Translations under genes and position numbers: made by a program
Assembly: GCA_964584475.1 (NCBI GenBank)
Contig: CAZPAF010000003.1
Coordinates: 17,297 to 49,296, forward strand
Reading direction: 5' to 3'
From: an uncultured Lachnospiraceae bacterium
GTDB lineage: Bacteria; Bacillota; Clostridia; TANB77; CAG-508
Length of the DNA: 32,000 nucleotides
Part shown: positions 1-8,864 of the stretch, one piece after another
Layout of the letters: each line of letters opens with the position of its first letter
How positions within the stretch are numbered: the stretch's first letter is position 1
The notes under the pieces: generated by a model
What the model saw: only the letters and a program-made list of their open reading frames with translations
The model's database searches: none
What the model was told of the DNA's origin: nothing

Positions 1-1540
1 AGAAGATTTTGAAATTTATACTACATATAAAGAAGAATTAGTAAAATATGAAAGAAATTATTATTATAAAACTTTAATAAATGATTTGAAAAATTTTGAA
101 AGCTATATAATATATGCGATACCATTATCATCAGTATTATTAATTTTGTTATTAATATATTTATGTATATCAATAGGACACACCAAAAATAAAGAAGGAA
201 TTGATTTAAATAGTTTGGATAAAATTCCAATCGAAATAATTTGGTTAATTGGTGGCTTTTTAGTATTAGGAATATTTGGAATAGCAGTTACATCTTTAGA
301 TTCAATAAATGAAGAATATTATAATTTAGCAAATAGTTTATTAATAACTGGATATTTTATTAGTTACATTCTATGTGCTATTCTGGGTGTAACAACAATA
401 AAAAGAATAAAAGCAAAATGTTTAATTAAAAAATCTTTAACAGGAAAAGTTTGTATATGGTGTTTTAAGTTTTGTGAAAAAATATTTAATAAAACTAAAA
501 ATATTATAAAAAGTTTTATAAATAGAATCTTTACAACTATAAATGAATTAACTCAAAATTGGCCAGATGCAATTAAGGCATGTATATATTTTATTATATA
601 TGTGTTAGTAACATTTTTGTTAATTGCTGCATTTAAATTTATAGGACTTTTGGTGGTTTTAATTTATTCGGGAATTTTATTATATGGAATTCTAGAAGAA
701 ATAAATAGTTATAGAAAAGTAGAAATACATTTAAAAGAAATGTATGAGGGAACAAATCAAGAAAAATTAGATGAAAGAAATTTCACAAAAAATTTCAAAG
801 AAGTAGTAAAATATATAAATGACATAACAAAAGGATTTGAAGTTGCAAGAGAAGAAGGAATTAAATCAGAAAGATTAAAAACAGAATTAATAACAAACGT
901 TTCTCATGATATAAAAACTCCATTAACATCAATAATAAATTATGTGGATTTATTGAAAAAAGAAAATATTGAAAATGAAAAAGCAAAAGAATATATTGAT
1001 ATTTTAGATAGTAAATCTCAAAGATTAAAAAGATTAACAGAAGACTTAGTAGAAGCATCAAAAGCATCTTCTGGAAATGTCAAATTAAATATAGAAAAAA
1101 TAAATGTAGTAGAATTAATAAAACAATCTATAGGAGAATTTGAAGATAAATTTAAAAACAAAGAATTAGAAATAATTTCTGAATATTCAGAAGATGAAAT
1201 TTATATAAATGCAGATAATAAATATATGTATAGAATTATTGAGAACTTATTTAGCAATATTTCTAAATACGCTCAAGAAAAATCACGTGTTTATATAGAT
1301 GTAAAGAAAAATGAAAATATAGCAAAAATAAATATTAAAAATATTTCTAAAGAAAGATTAAATATTTCAAGTGATGAATTAATGCAAAGATTTGTAAGAG
1401 GAGATAAATCAAGAACAACAGAGGGAAGTGGATTAGGTCTTTCAATTTCGAAATCTTTAACAGAACTTCAAAATGGAAATTTTGAAATAAAAATAGATGG
1501 AGATTTATTTAAAGTAGAATTAGAATTTGATATTATTTAA
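1..1540 (+). CDS. Membrane sensor histidine kinase (N-terminus probably outside the window)
   Basis: The ORF track gives 86..1540 with a TTG start. The same frame is open from nt 2 (EDFEIYTTYKEELVKYERNYYYKTLINDL...), so the start may lie upstream. Several hydrophobic helices, H-box SHDIKTPLTSIINYVDLL, N-box IIENLFSNISKYA and G-box GSGLGLSISKSL indicate HisKA + HATPase_c. Confidence 0.85.
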   Translation, partial: EDFEIYTTYKEELVKYERNYYYKTLINDLKNFESYIIYAIPLSSVLLILLLIYLCISIGHTKNKEGIDLNSLDKIPIEIIWLIGGFLVLGIFGIAVTSLDSINEEYYNLANSLLITGYFISYILCAILGVTTIKRIKAKCLIKKSLTGKVCIWCFKFCEKIFNKTKNIIKSFINRIFTTINELTQNWPDAIKACIYFIIYVLVTFLLIAAFKFIGLLVVLIYSGILLYGILEEINSYRKVEIHLKEMYEGTNQEKLDERNFTKNFKEVVKYINDITKGFEVAREEGIKSERLKTELITNVSHDIKTPLTSIINYVDLLKKENIENEKAKEYIDILDSKSQRLKRLTEDLVEASKASSGNVKLNIEKINVVELIKQSIGEFEDKFKNKELEIISEYSEDEIYINADNKYMYRIIENLFSNISKYAQEKSRVYIDVKKNENIAKINIKNISKERLNISSDELMQRFVRGDKSRTTEGSGLGLSISKSLTELQNGNFEIKIDGDLFKVELEFDII

Positions 1541-1569
1541 AATTAATTATTTAATTTTAAATTTTTAAA

Positions 1570-1622
1570 AACAATAAATATTTAGTATGAAAATAGATTA
1601 CTAATATATTTATTGTTTTTTT
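1570..1622 (+). terminator. Rho-independent terminator after the kinase gene
   Basis: 12-bp stem aacaataaatat (1570-1581) / atatttattgtt (1606-1617) followed by a T-run. Confidence 0.55.
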
Positions 1623-1780
1623 ATTTATTATAAAAATTAATTTTTTGTCAGAAATTTTGAGAAAAAGAAAATTGTTAAAAAGAATAAAAAAAGATAAAAA
1701 TTTGTAAAGCACAAAAAATAAAACTAAAGATAATTTTAATATTATAAAAAAAGTACTTTTAAAAATTTGGCAAAATTTTT

Positions 1781-2437
1781 TTGAAAGTGTTGACAGAGAA
1801 GCGTTTTGTGTTGTATTATTATTTCAAAATTTTAGAAAGGAGAAATAAAATAAAAAAGAATCTAAAAACTCAAGAGTGGTTGCCTTTCGATAAAGTTTTA
1901 GAAAATGGTATAATTATAAATAAAAATTCTTATATTAAAATAATTAAAATTAAACCAATAAATTATGATCTTAAATCAAATTTAGAAAAAGAAGCAATTT
2001 TAAATTCTTATAAATTATTTTTAAAAACATGTGATTTTAATATTCAAATACTTATTCAAAGTAAAAAAGAAAATTTATCTAAAAATTTTTATAATCTAAA
2101 AAAATATTCCCAAAAAGAAAATAAAAATATTCAAGAAATAACCGAAAAATATGTAGAATTTTTAAAAATTAAAAATGAAGAAAATAAATCATCTTCTAAA
2201 AATTTTTATATCATTATTAAATATGAAATAGAAACCACTATAAAAAGTGAAGACGAAAGAAAAATTGCTGAAAATATAGCAATAAATTATTTAAATGAAA
2301 GTTTTTTCAAAATAAAAGAAAGCCTTTCTAGATGTGGAAATAGTGCTTTTGATGTTAATTCAAAAAAAGAATCTGAAAATATTTTAATGTCTTTTTTTAA
2401 TCCGATAAGAAATAATTTTACAGAAGAAGGAGAGTGA
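1781..2437 (+). CDS. VirB4/TrsE/ConE-type conjugation ATPase, N-terminal part (split gene or pseudogene fragment)
   Basis: QEWLPFDKVLENGIIINKNSYIKIIKIKPINYDLKSNLEKEAILNSYKLFLKTCDFNIQILIQS matches the N-terminal module I recall from Gram-positive VirB4 homologues. The ORF-track TTG start (1781) lies inside the predicted promoter, so the real start is likely near the SD at 1838-1843. The ORF ends at TGA 2435-2437 and the +1 frame continues as the next ORF. Confidence 0.6.
   Translation: MKVLTEKRFVLYYYFKILERRNKIKKNLKTQEWLPFDKVLENGIIINKNSYIKIIKIKPINYDLKSNLEKEAILNSYKLFLKTCDFNIQILIQSKKENLSKNFYNLKKYSQKENKNIQEITEKYVEFLKIKNEENKSSSKNFYIIIKYEIETTIKSEDERKIAENIAINYLNESFFKIKESLSRCGNSAFDVNSKKESENILMSFFNPIRNNFTEEGE
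1790..1819 (+). promoter_or_regulatory. Sigma-A type promoter for the VirB4-like block
   Basis: TTGACA (1790-1795), 18-nt spacer, TATTAT (1814-1819). An SD AGGAGA follows at 1838-1843. An A-tract-rich region lies upstream. Confidence 0.45.
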
Positions 2438-2624
2438 TAATATAAACGAATTTTATAAAGGAATTTTAAATATAAAAGATAAAATTGCTCCAAGTTATAT
2501 AAATAATAAAAATCCAAAATTTTTAGAAATTGATGGTAGATTTTATTCTGGTCTTTTAGTAATCGATTATTATAGAGAATATTCGGAAATTTTACTTAAA
2601 AATTTAATAAATACAAATATAAAT

Positions 2625-4205
2625 ATGAACATATCTGTTTTTTATGAAAAGCAAGACACATATAAAACAATAAAAGATTTAACTTATTTTATTGGAAATG
2701 TTGGAGTAGACCTAAAATCAGGAAATCAAAACAGAGAAGATATAGATATTGCAGCATATTCTTATAATGATGCAAAATACATAAGAAAAGAAATGCAAGT
2801 AAATAATGAAGAATTATATTTTCTTTATATTTATATAAATATTATTTCAGAGAATGAAAAAGAATTAGAAAGAAATTTGAATAAAATAGAAGGAATTTTA
2901 AGTGCAAATGGAATGATGTCTAGAAAAGCAAATTTTAGACAAGAACAAATTTATAAATCATGTTTACCACTTATAAATAATGAAAAAGATTTAAAAGAAA
3001 TCTCAAGAAGAAATATTCTAAGTAATGGACTAATTGCAACATATCCATTTATATCATCAAATATTTATGATGAAAATGGAATTTTTATTGGCACTAATAT
3101 TTATAATAATTCAATGATTTTTGTAGATAGATTTGAAAAAGAAAAATATAAAAATGCTAATATGTGTATTTTTGGAACAAGTGGAGCTGGAAAATCATTT
3201 TACACAAAGCTTTTAATATTGAGATATAGATTGTTTGGAATTTCTCAATACATAATAGATCCAGAAAGAGAGTATGGAAAGTTAAGTGATGCTTTAGCAG
3301 GATTAAACATAAAATTTGGTCCAACTTCTAAAAGTTTTATTAATATTTTTGATATTAGAGAAGACAGTATTGAAGAAGACGCTGGATTTTTAACTACAAA
3401 AATTTCTAAATTAAGAGGATTTTTTAGTTTAGCTTTTGGAGAATTAGATGAAGAATTGGTTGCAATTTTAGAAGAAAAATTAATAAATACTTATAGAGAA
3501 AAAGGAATAACTTTTGACGATGATTCTTTATATAAATTAAATAAAAATGGAGAAAAAGTATTTAAAGAAAGCAAAGATATGCCTATATTAGAAGATTTCT
3601 ATAAAGTTATAGAAAAAGATAAATCAGCAGAATTTTTTAAAAGAAAACTATATCCATTTATATTTGGTTCTTTAAATTTTTTAAATAATTATACTAATGT
3701 AGAATTAGATAATAAATTAATTATTGCTGATATTTATGAACTAGGAGATGAAAATTTAAAATATGGTATGTATATTTTTGTTGATTTGTTTTGGGACAAA
3801 ATAAAAAAGAATAGAGAGGAAAATAAAGCAATATATTTAGACGAAATTTGGAGATTAATTGGTGTTACATCAAATAAATTTGTTGCAAGTTTTATATACA
3901 AAATATTTAAGACAATAAGGAAATATGGTGGAAGCGCTGTTGCAATAACCCAGGATGTTTCGGATCTATTTAGTTTAGAAGAAGGGGCTTATGGAAAGAG
4001 TATTTTAAATAATTCAAGCATAAAATCATTTTTTTCTTTAGAAGAAGAAAATATTTTAGTATTAGAAAAATATGCTAATATTTCTGAAAAAGAAAAAATA
4101 GAAATCAAATCTTTAAAAAGGGGAGAAAGTTTAATGTTTATTGGGGACAATCATATTTTAGTTAAAATAGAATGTTCGAATGAGGAAAAGGAGTTGATTT
4201 TGTGA
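2625..4205 (+). CDS. VirB4/TrsE/ConE-type conjugation ATPase, P-loop part
   Basis: Walker A GTSGAGKSF, IIDPEREY, Walker B-like AIYLDEIWRL, AITQDVSDL. The frame is already open from 2409 with VirB4-like sequence (KDKIAPSYINNKNPKFLEIDGRFYSGLLVIDYYREY), but it has no ATG/GTG/TTG before 2625. The two ORFs together come to roughly 800 aa, a normal VirB4 size. Confidence 0.8.
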   Translation: MNISVFYEKQDTYKTIKDLTYFIGNVGVDLKSGNQNREDIDIAAYSYNDAKYIRKEMQVNNEELYFLYIYINIISENEKELERNLNKIEGILSANGMMSRKANFRQEQIYKSCLPLINNEKDLKEISRRNILSNGLIATYPFISSNIYDENGIFIGTNIYNNSMIFVDRFEKEKYKNANMCIFGTSGAGKSFYTKLLILRYRLFGISQYIIDPEREYGKLSDALAGLNIKFGPTSKSFINIFDIREDSIEEDAGFLTTKISKLRGFFSLAFGELDEELVAILEEKLINTYREKGITFDDDSLYKLNKNGEKVFKESKDMPILEDFYKVIEKDKSAEFFKRKLYPFIFGSLNFLNNYTNVELDNKLIIADIYELGDENLKYGMYIFVDLFWDKIKKNREENKAIYLDEIWRLIGVTSNKFVASFIYKIFKTIRKYGGSAVAITQDVSDLFSLEEGAYGKSILNNSSIKSFFSLEEENILVLEKYANISEKEKIEIKSLKRGESLMFIGDNHILVKIECSNEEKELIL

Positions 4206-5473
4206 AAGTAGTAACAGCTGTAGGAAATCCTGGATTAAATGAAAAGTTAAAAGAAATAGAAGATATATTGGTTATAGAAAAGGATATTCAATATCAAGAA
4301 GGAGTAATAGAAATATTAGAAGAACATTTAGATATTGATTGTCTAATAATAAATAAAGATTTACCTGGAGAAATTGGATTTTTTAAATTAATTAATAAAA
4401 TAAAAAATATAAAAGAAAATATTGATATATATGTTTTTCTAGAAGAAAAAGACGACGATATAGAAAATTATTTAATGAGTTATCAAATTTATAAAATTTA
4501 TTATTTAAATGAAATAAATTATGATGAATTTATTAAAAATTTTTTTGAAAGTAAAAATGATGTACTTGCAGGAATAAATAAGGAAATTAATGATTTTAAA
4601 AAACTAATTTTAAGTGAAAATAACAATGAAGATAATTATACTTTTGTAGAAAATATTATAACGGAAAGCTTTAATGATTCTAATTATGAAAAATATAATG
4701 AAATCAAAGAAGAATATATTTATAAAGAGGAATATAATGATTTTTTTGAAGAAGAAATTTGTAAAACAATAGCAATTAGTGGTGACTTTGCTTCAGGAAA
4801 AAGTTTATTTTCTGTTTTTTTATCTAAAGTTATTTCTAAACAAAACAAGAAAACATTGTTAATTGATTTTGATTTAGAGACTTCTTCTATAAATACTCTT
4901 TTTGGAGTAAAGAAATACAAAAAGAAACAAACTTATATAGAAGATTGCATCACAAAAATAGAAGAAAATTTAGATGTTCTTTGTGGGATTGATAAAATTA
5001 TTAATTTAAAAGAATTATCTAATAATTATGTTGTAAAAGAAATTATAGAAAGATTAAAAAAAGAATATGATTTTATTTTAATAGATGTTTCTTCAAGAAT
5101 TGATTTTAAATATGTGAAAATGATTTTAAGTTATTCTGATAAAATAATTTTTTTAATAGAACCTAATTTATTAGAAATAAGTAAATCTCATAAATATTTA
5201 GAGGTTTTTATAAATGATTTTGAAATTGATGTAGATAAAATAAAAATTGTATTTAATAAAGTAAATAAATATAAAATTGCAAATACGGTTTTAGAAGAAA
5301 TATTTTCAAGAATTGAAATTATAGAAAGTATTGAATATGAAGAAAAATATAATTTGTTTATTAACAAAAATACAAATATAGATTTTGATGAAATTAAATT
5401 TGAAAAAATATATGAAAAATTAATAAAAAAAGAGGAGGGAACATATGCAAACACAAGCATTAGAAATTACTAA
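4202..5473 (+). CDS. Receiver-like domain fused to a MinD/ParA-superfamily P-loop ATPase (TadZ/CpaE-like architecture)
   Basis: The GTG start overlaps the VirB4 stop (GTGA at 4202-4205), with SD AAGGAG 8 nt upstream. The N-terminal ~120 aa resemble a CheY-like fold (MKVVTAVGNP...CLIINKDLPGE). The C-terminal part has P-loop ISGDFASGKS and hhhhD FILIDVSS. Confidence 0.6.
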   Translation: MKVVTAVGNPGLNEKLKEIEDILVIEKDIQYQEGVIEILEEHLDIDCLIINKDLPGEIGFFKLINKIKNIKENIDIYVFLEEKDDDIENYLMSYQIYKIYYLNEINYDEFIKNFFESKNDVLAGINKEINDFKKLILSENNNEDNYTFVENIITESFNDSNYEKYNEIKEEYIYKEEYNDFFEEEICKTIAISGDFASGKSLFSVFLSKVISKQNKKTLLIDFDLETSSINTLFGVKKYKKKQTYIEDCITKIEENLDVLCGIDKIINLKELSNNYVVKEIIERLKKEYDFILIDVSSRIDFKYVKMILSYSDKIIFLIEPNLLEISKSHKYLEVFINDFEIDVDKIKIVFNKVNKYKIANTVLEEIFSRIEIIESIEYEEKYNLFINKNTNIDFDEIKFEKIYEKLIKKEEGTYANTSIRNY

Positions 5474-6185
5474 TAATATTGATAATAAAAATGAAATAAA
5501 CATGTCTTTAGGAAGCAAAATATATGAAGCACAACAAAGTTTTTTGCAAACAAGTTTAGGAAAGGCAGTAAATAGTGCTATTGATATTGGATTAAAAGCA
5601 ATTTTACCAGATATAATAGAAGATGAAATTATTGATATAAAAGATTGTATTTTAGAAAATGGATTTAAATCTGGTGTTGAGGAAATAATAAAATCTGGGA
5701 TAGATTTTGGAAAAAGTGTTTCAGGAATAGTTACAGGAAATTTTGAAACAGTAGAACAAATTCAAATGGCTGTTAAAAATGGTGGAATTTTAGATAAGAC
5801 ATCAGAATTATTAGATAATATAATTAATATTGTTAAACAGAAGAATTTAATAAATAACACTACGGCATCCTTAATTAAACAAGGAAAGAATTCTATAATA
5901 AGTTCCATAAGTAACAAAATTGAAGAAACCCTAACAAATCAAATAAAAGCTGTTGAGAAAATAGAAAAATATACAAATAATTGGAATACTGCTTACGGAA
6001 TTCAGGACTTTGATAAAATGGAAAGTGCTTATAAAAATATTAAAAATAATTTAGAAAAAGTAGTACCATTAGAGAAAATTATAAGTAATGCAAGGACTAT
6101 TGAAAACATACATAATTTAATAAAAAACAATGGAAAAAACTTTAATTTAAGTGAAGAAAAAATTGCCTTAGCACAGAGATTATAA
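5445..6185 (+). CDS. Hypothetical protein (246 aa), last gene of the VirB4 block
   Basis: The ATG is preceded by SD GAGGAGGG and overlaps the previous gene by 29 nt. Polar, helical-looking sequence with no signal peptide, TM segment or motif I recognise. Confidence 0.7.
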   Translation: MQTQALEITNNIDNKNEINMSLGSKIYEAQQSFLQTSLGKAVNSAIDIGLKAILPDIIEDEIIDIKDCILENGFKSGVEEIIKSGIDFGKSVSGIVTGNFETVEQIQMAVKNGGILDKTSELLDNIINIVKQKNLINNTTASLIKQGKNSIISSISNKIEETLTNQIKAVEKIEKYTNNWNTAYGIQDFDKMESAYKNIKNNLEKVVPLEKIISNARTIENIHNLIKNNGKNFNLSEEKIALAQRL

Positions 6186-6209
6186 AGTCAACTTTTTTGC
6201 CAAAATTCC

Positions 6210-6238
6210 TTGATTTTTTAAGTGTTTTTTTATATAAT
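6210..6238 (+). promoter_or_regulatory. Sigma-A type promoter of gyrA
   Basis: TTGATT (6210-6215), 17-nt spacer, TATAAT (6233-6238). Confidence 0.5.
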
Positions 6239-6274
6239 GCAAGTGGAAAATAATAAAGGAAAAGAGGAGAATAA

Positions 6275-8716
6275 ATGGAAAGGCAAGATGGAAAAATAAT
6301 CGAAAGAAATATTGAGACAGAAATGAAAACAGCCTACATTGATTACGCAATGAGTGTTATAGTTTCACGTGCTTTACCTGATGCTAGAGATGGTTTAAAA
6401 CCAGTTCACAGAAGAATTCTTTATTCTATGCATGAAGATGGAATTACATCAGATAAACCATATAGAAAATGTGCTAACACAGTTGGTTCTGTTTTAGGAA
6501 GATACCATCCTCATGGTGACTCTTCAGTTTATGATGCAATGGTAAGGTTAGCTCAAGATTTCTCAATGAGATATATGTTAATTGATGGTCATGGAAACTT
6601 CGGTTCAATAGATGGTGACGGAGCTGCTGCGATGAGGTATACAGAAGCAAGAATGGCAAAAATTGCTGAACAAATGCTTGTTGATATCGAAAAAAATACA
6701 GTAAACTTTATGCCAAACTATGACGATAGACTTCAAGAACCTACAGTTCTTCCTGCAAAAGTACCAGCATTATTAATTAATGGTTCATCTGGTATTGCGG
6801 TTGGTATGGCTACAAATATTCCACCACACAACTTAACAGAAGTTATTAATGGTGCAATAAAAGTAATAGATAATCCAGAAGTTACGATAGAAGAACTTAT
6901 GGAAGTTGTAAAAGGGCCAGACTTCCCAACAGGAGCTATGATTCTTGGAAAAGAAGGAATAAAAGAAGCTTATACAACTGGTAGAGGAAAAATAACAGTG
7001 AGAGCAGAGACAGAAATCGAAGAAATGTCTGGAAATAAACAAAGAATTATTGTTTCATCTCTTCCATATCAAGTAAATAAAGCTAACTTAATTATAAAAA
7101 TAGATGAACTTGTAAGAGAAAAGAAAATTGAAGGAATTTCAGAAGTAAGAGATGAATCTGATAGAAATGAAAGAGTAAGAATAGTAATCGAGCTAAAAAG
7201 AGATGCTAGACCTCAAGTAATTTTAAATCAATTGTTCAAACATACACAAATGCAAGATACATTTGGTGTAATTACTCTTGCGTTAGTTGATGGAGAACCA
7301 AAAATATTAACATTAAAACAATGTTTAGAAGTATACATCAACCATAGAAAAGAAGTTATCTTAAGAAGAACAAAATTTGAATTAGATAAAGCTGAAGCAA
7401 GAGCTCATATATTAGAAGGTTTATTAATTGCCATAGATAATATAGATGAAGTAATTAAAATAATTAGAGAGTCTTATGATGATGCTAAAGAAAGGTTAAT
7501 GGAAAGATTTAAACTTTCTGATATCCAAGCTCAAGCTATATTAGATATGCAATTAAAGAGACTATCTGGATTACAAAGAGAAAAACTTGAAGAAGAATAT
7601 GCTGAATTAATGAGATTAATTGCTTATTATAAAGAAATCCTAGCTAGTGCAACTTTAGTATATGATATAATCAAAACTGAACTTTTAGAAATGAAAGATA
7701 AATTTGGTGATGAAAGATTAACAAAAATTGCGCCAGCTGAAGGTGAATTTGAAGAAGAAGATCTTATCAAAGAAGAACAAACTGTAATCGCTTTAACTCA
7801 CTTTGGATACATTAAGAGAATGCCTGTAGATACATATAAGAGCCAAAGAAGGGGAGGAAAAGGAATAACAGGAATTGCTACAAGAGAAGATGATTTTGTA
7901 AAAGAAATCTTTACAGCATCAACTCATGATACAATTTTATTCTTCAGTAATAAAGGAAAAATGTATAGATTGCGTGGATTTGAAATTCCAGAAGCAGGAA
8001 GAACTGCAAAAGGAACAGCAATCGTAAACTTACTAAACCTAGAAGCAGGAGAAAAAATTTCTGCAATTATACCACTTCAAAATTTCGCAGAAGATAAATA
8101 TTTACTTATGGGAACAAGAAATGGTTTAATTAAGAAAACACCTCTTAAAGAGTATGATTCAAATAGAAAAACAGGTTTAATGGGAATAACATTAAAAGAT
8201 GATGATGAATTAATTGATGTTAGATTAACTGATGGACAAGACAATGTTGTATTAGTTACTAGAAAAGGATTAAGTATTACATTTGATGAAAAAGATGTTA
8301 GACCTGTTGGTAGAACAGCTCAAGGTGTAATTGGTATGAGATTAGATGACGGAGATTACGTTGTTGGTATGGAGCCAATTATCGTGGGAAGTAATGCAAC
8401 TCTTCTTACAATCACAGAAAATGGATTTGGTAAGAGAACAGAACTTGATGAATACAGAGTTCAAAATAGAGGTGGACGTGGAGTTATAACATATAAAATC
8501 ACTCCAAAAACTGGTGAAATAGTAGGAATCAAAATAGTAAGTGGAACTGAAGATGTAATCTTAATTACAGACACAGGAACAATTATTAGATTAAATTCTG
8601 GAGAAATCAGTGTTCTTGGAAGATCAACACAAGGTGTTACATTAATGAGAACAAATGAAGGAAAAGTTGTAAGTATTGAAAAGATAGTTGAAAAAGATGA
8701 AGACTATGTAATTTAA
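6275..8716 (+). CDS. gyrA: DNA gyrase subunit A
   Basis: 813 aa. YIDYAMSVIVSRALPDARDGLKPVHRRILY, AAMRYTEARM (catalytic Tyr region) and the GyrA-box QRRGGKGITG in the C-terminal domain. SD GAGGAG lies 5 nt upstream. Confidence 0.97.
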   Translation: MERQDGKIIERNIETEMKTAYIDYAMSVIVSRALPDARDGLKPVHRRILYSMHEDGITSDKPYRKCANTVGSVLGRYHPHGDSSVYDAMVRLAQDFSMRYMLIDGHGNFGSIDGDGAAAMRYTEARMAKIAEQMLVDIEKNTVNFMPNYDDRLQEPTVLPAKVPALLINGSSGIAVGMATNIPPHNLTEVINGAIKVIDNPEVTIEELMEVVKGPDFPTGAMILGKEGIKEAYTTGRGKITVRAETEIEEMSGNKQRIIVSSLPYQVNKANLIIKIDELVREKKIEGISEVRDESDRNERVRIVIELKRDARPQVILNQLFKHTQMQDTFGVITLALVDGEPKILTLKQCLEVYINHRKEVILRRTKFELDKAEARAHILEGLLIAIDNIDEVIKIIRESYDDAKERLMERFKLSDIQAQAILDMQLKRLSGLQREKLEEEYAELMRLIAYYKEILASATLVYDIIKTELLEMKDKFGDERLTKIAPAEGEFEEEDLIKEEQTVIALTHFGYIKRMPVDTYKSQRRGGKGITGIATREDDFVKEIFTASTHDTILFFSNKGKMYRLRGFEIPEAGRTAKGTAIVNLLNLEAGEKISAIIPLQNFAEDKYLLMGTRNGLIKKTPLKEYDSNRKTGLMGITLKDDDELIDVRLTDGQDNVVLVTRKGLSITFDEKDVRPVGRTAQGVIGMRLDDGDYVVGMEPIIVGSNATLLTITENGFGKRTELDEYRVQNRGGRGVITYKITPKTGEIVGIKIVSGTEDVILITDTGTIIRLNSGEISVLGRSTQGVTLMRTNEGKVVSIEKIVEKDEDYVI

Positions 8717-8732
8717 TAATTATAAATTTTTT

Positions 8733-8767
8733 AAGAAGACAGATTAAAAAGTTTGTCTTCTTTTTTT
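8733..8767 (+). terminator. Rho-independent terminator of gyrA
   Basis: Stem aagaagaca (8733-8741) / tgtcttctt (8754-8762) followed by a T-run. Confidence 0.7.
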
Positions 8768-8797
8768 GTTAATGTTATACTAAAAAAGAAGATAGAT

Positions 8798-8827
8798 AAT
8801 CCACAAATTGTTATATACTTGTGGATT
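8798..8827. repeat. Perfect 9-bp inverted repeat upstream of the YkgJ-type gene (candidate operator)
   Basis: aatccacaa (8798-8806), 12-nt spacer, ttgtggatt (8819-8827). No T-run follows, so it is not an obvious terminator. Confidence 0.5.
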
Positions 8828-8864
8828 GTTAATAAGTAAAATCAAATAATAATGGGGAAGACTG

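Noticed and set aside
1632-1723. Roughly 10-bp phased A-tracts upstream of the VirB4 promoter, considered as a specific curved-DNA regulatory element.
   Set aside because: A-tracts are ubiquitous in the intergenic DNA of this very AT-rich sequence, and the phasing is only approximate.
1767-6203. A 9-nt inverted match (ttggcaaaa at 1767-1775 and ttttgccaa at 6195-6203) flanking the VirB4 block, considered as element ends.
   Set aside because: It is too short to be significant in 32 kb of AT-rich DNA. Both copies lie just upstream of promoters, and there are no direct-repeat target duplications.
6474-7042. Minus-strand ORFs (6474..6659, 6833..7042) inside gyrA. Similar antisense or alternative-frame ORFs lie inside other long genes, e.g. 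861..1067, 4720..4920, 5188..5460, 17153..17784, 18707..19558, 23714..24144, 25865..26122, 27896..28402, 29523..29777, 29978..30196.
   Set aside because: They lie entirely within well-supported genes. They have low-complexity Leu/Phe/Ile/Ser-rich translations typical of the antisense of AT-rich coding DNA, and they have no SD.
8798-8827. The palindrome as part of a replication origin (a DnaA-box cluster near gyrA).
   Set aside because: There are only two imperfect boxes. I found no further TTATCCACA-like sites or an AT-rich unwinding element arranged around them in the window, and dnaA/dnaN are not present here.
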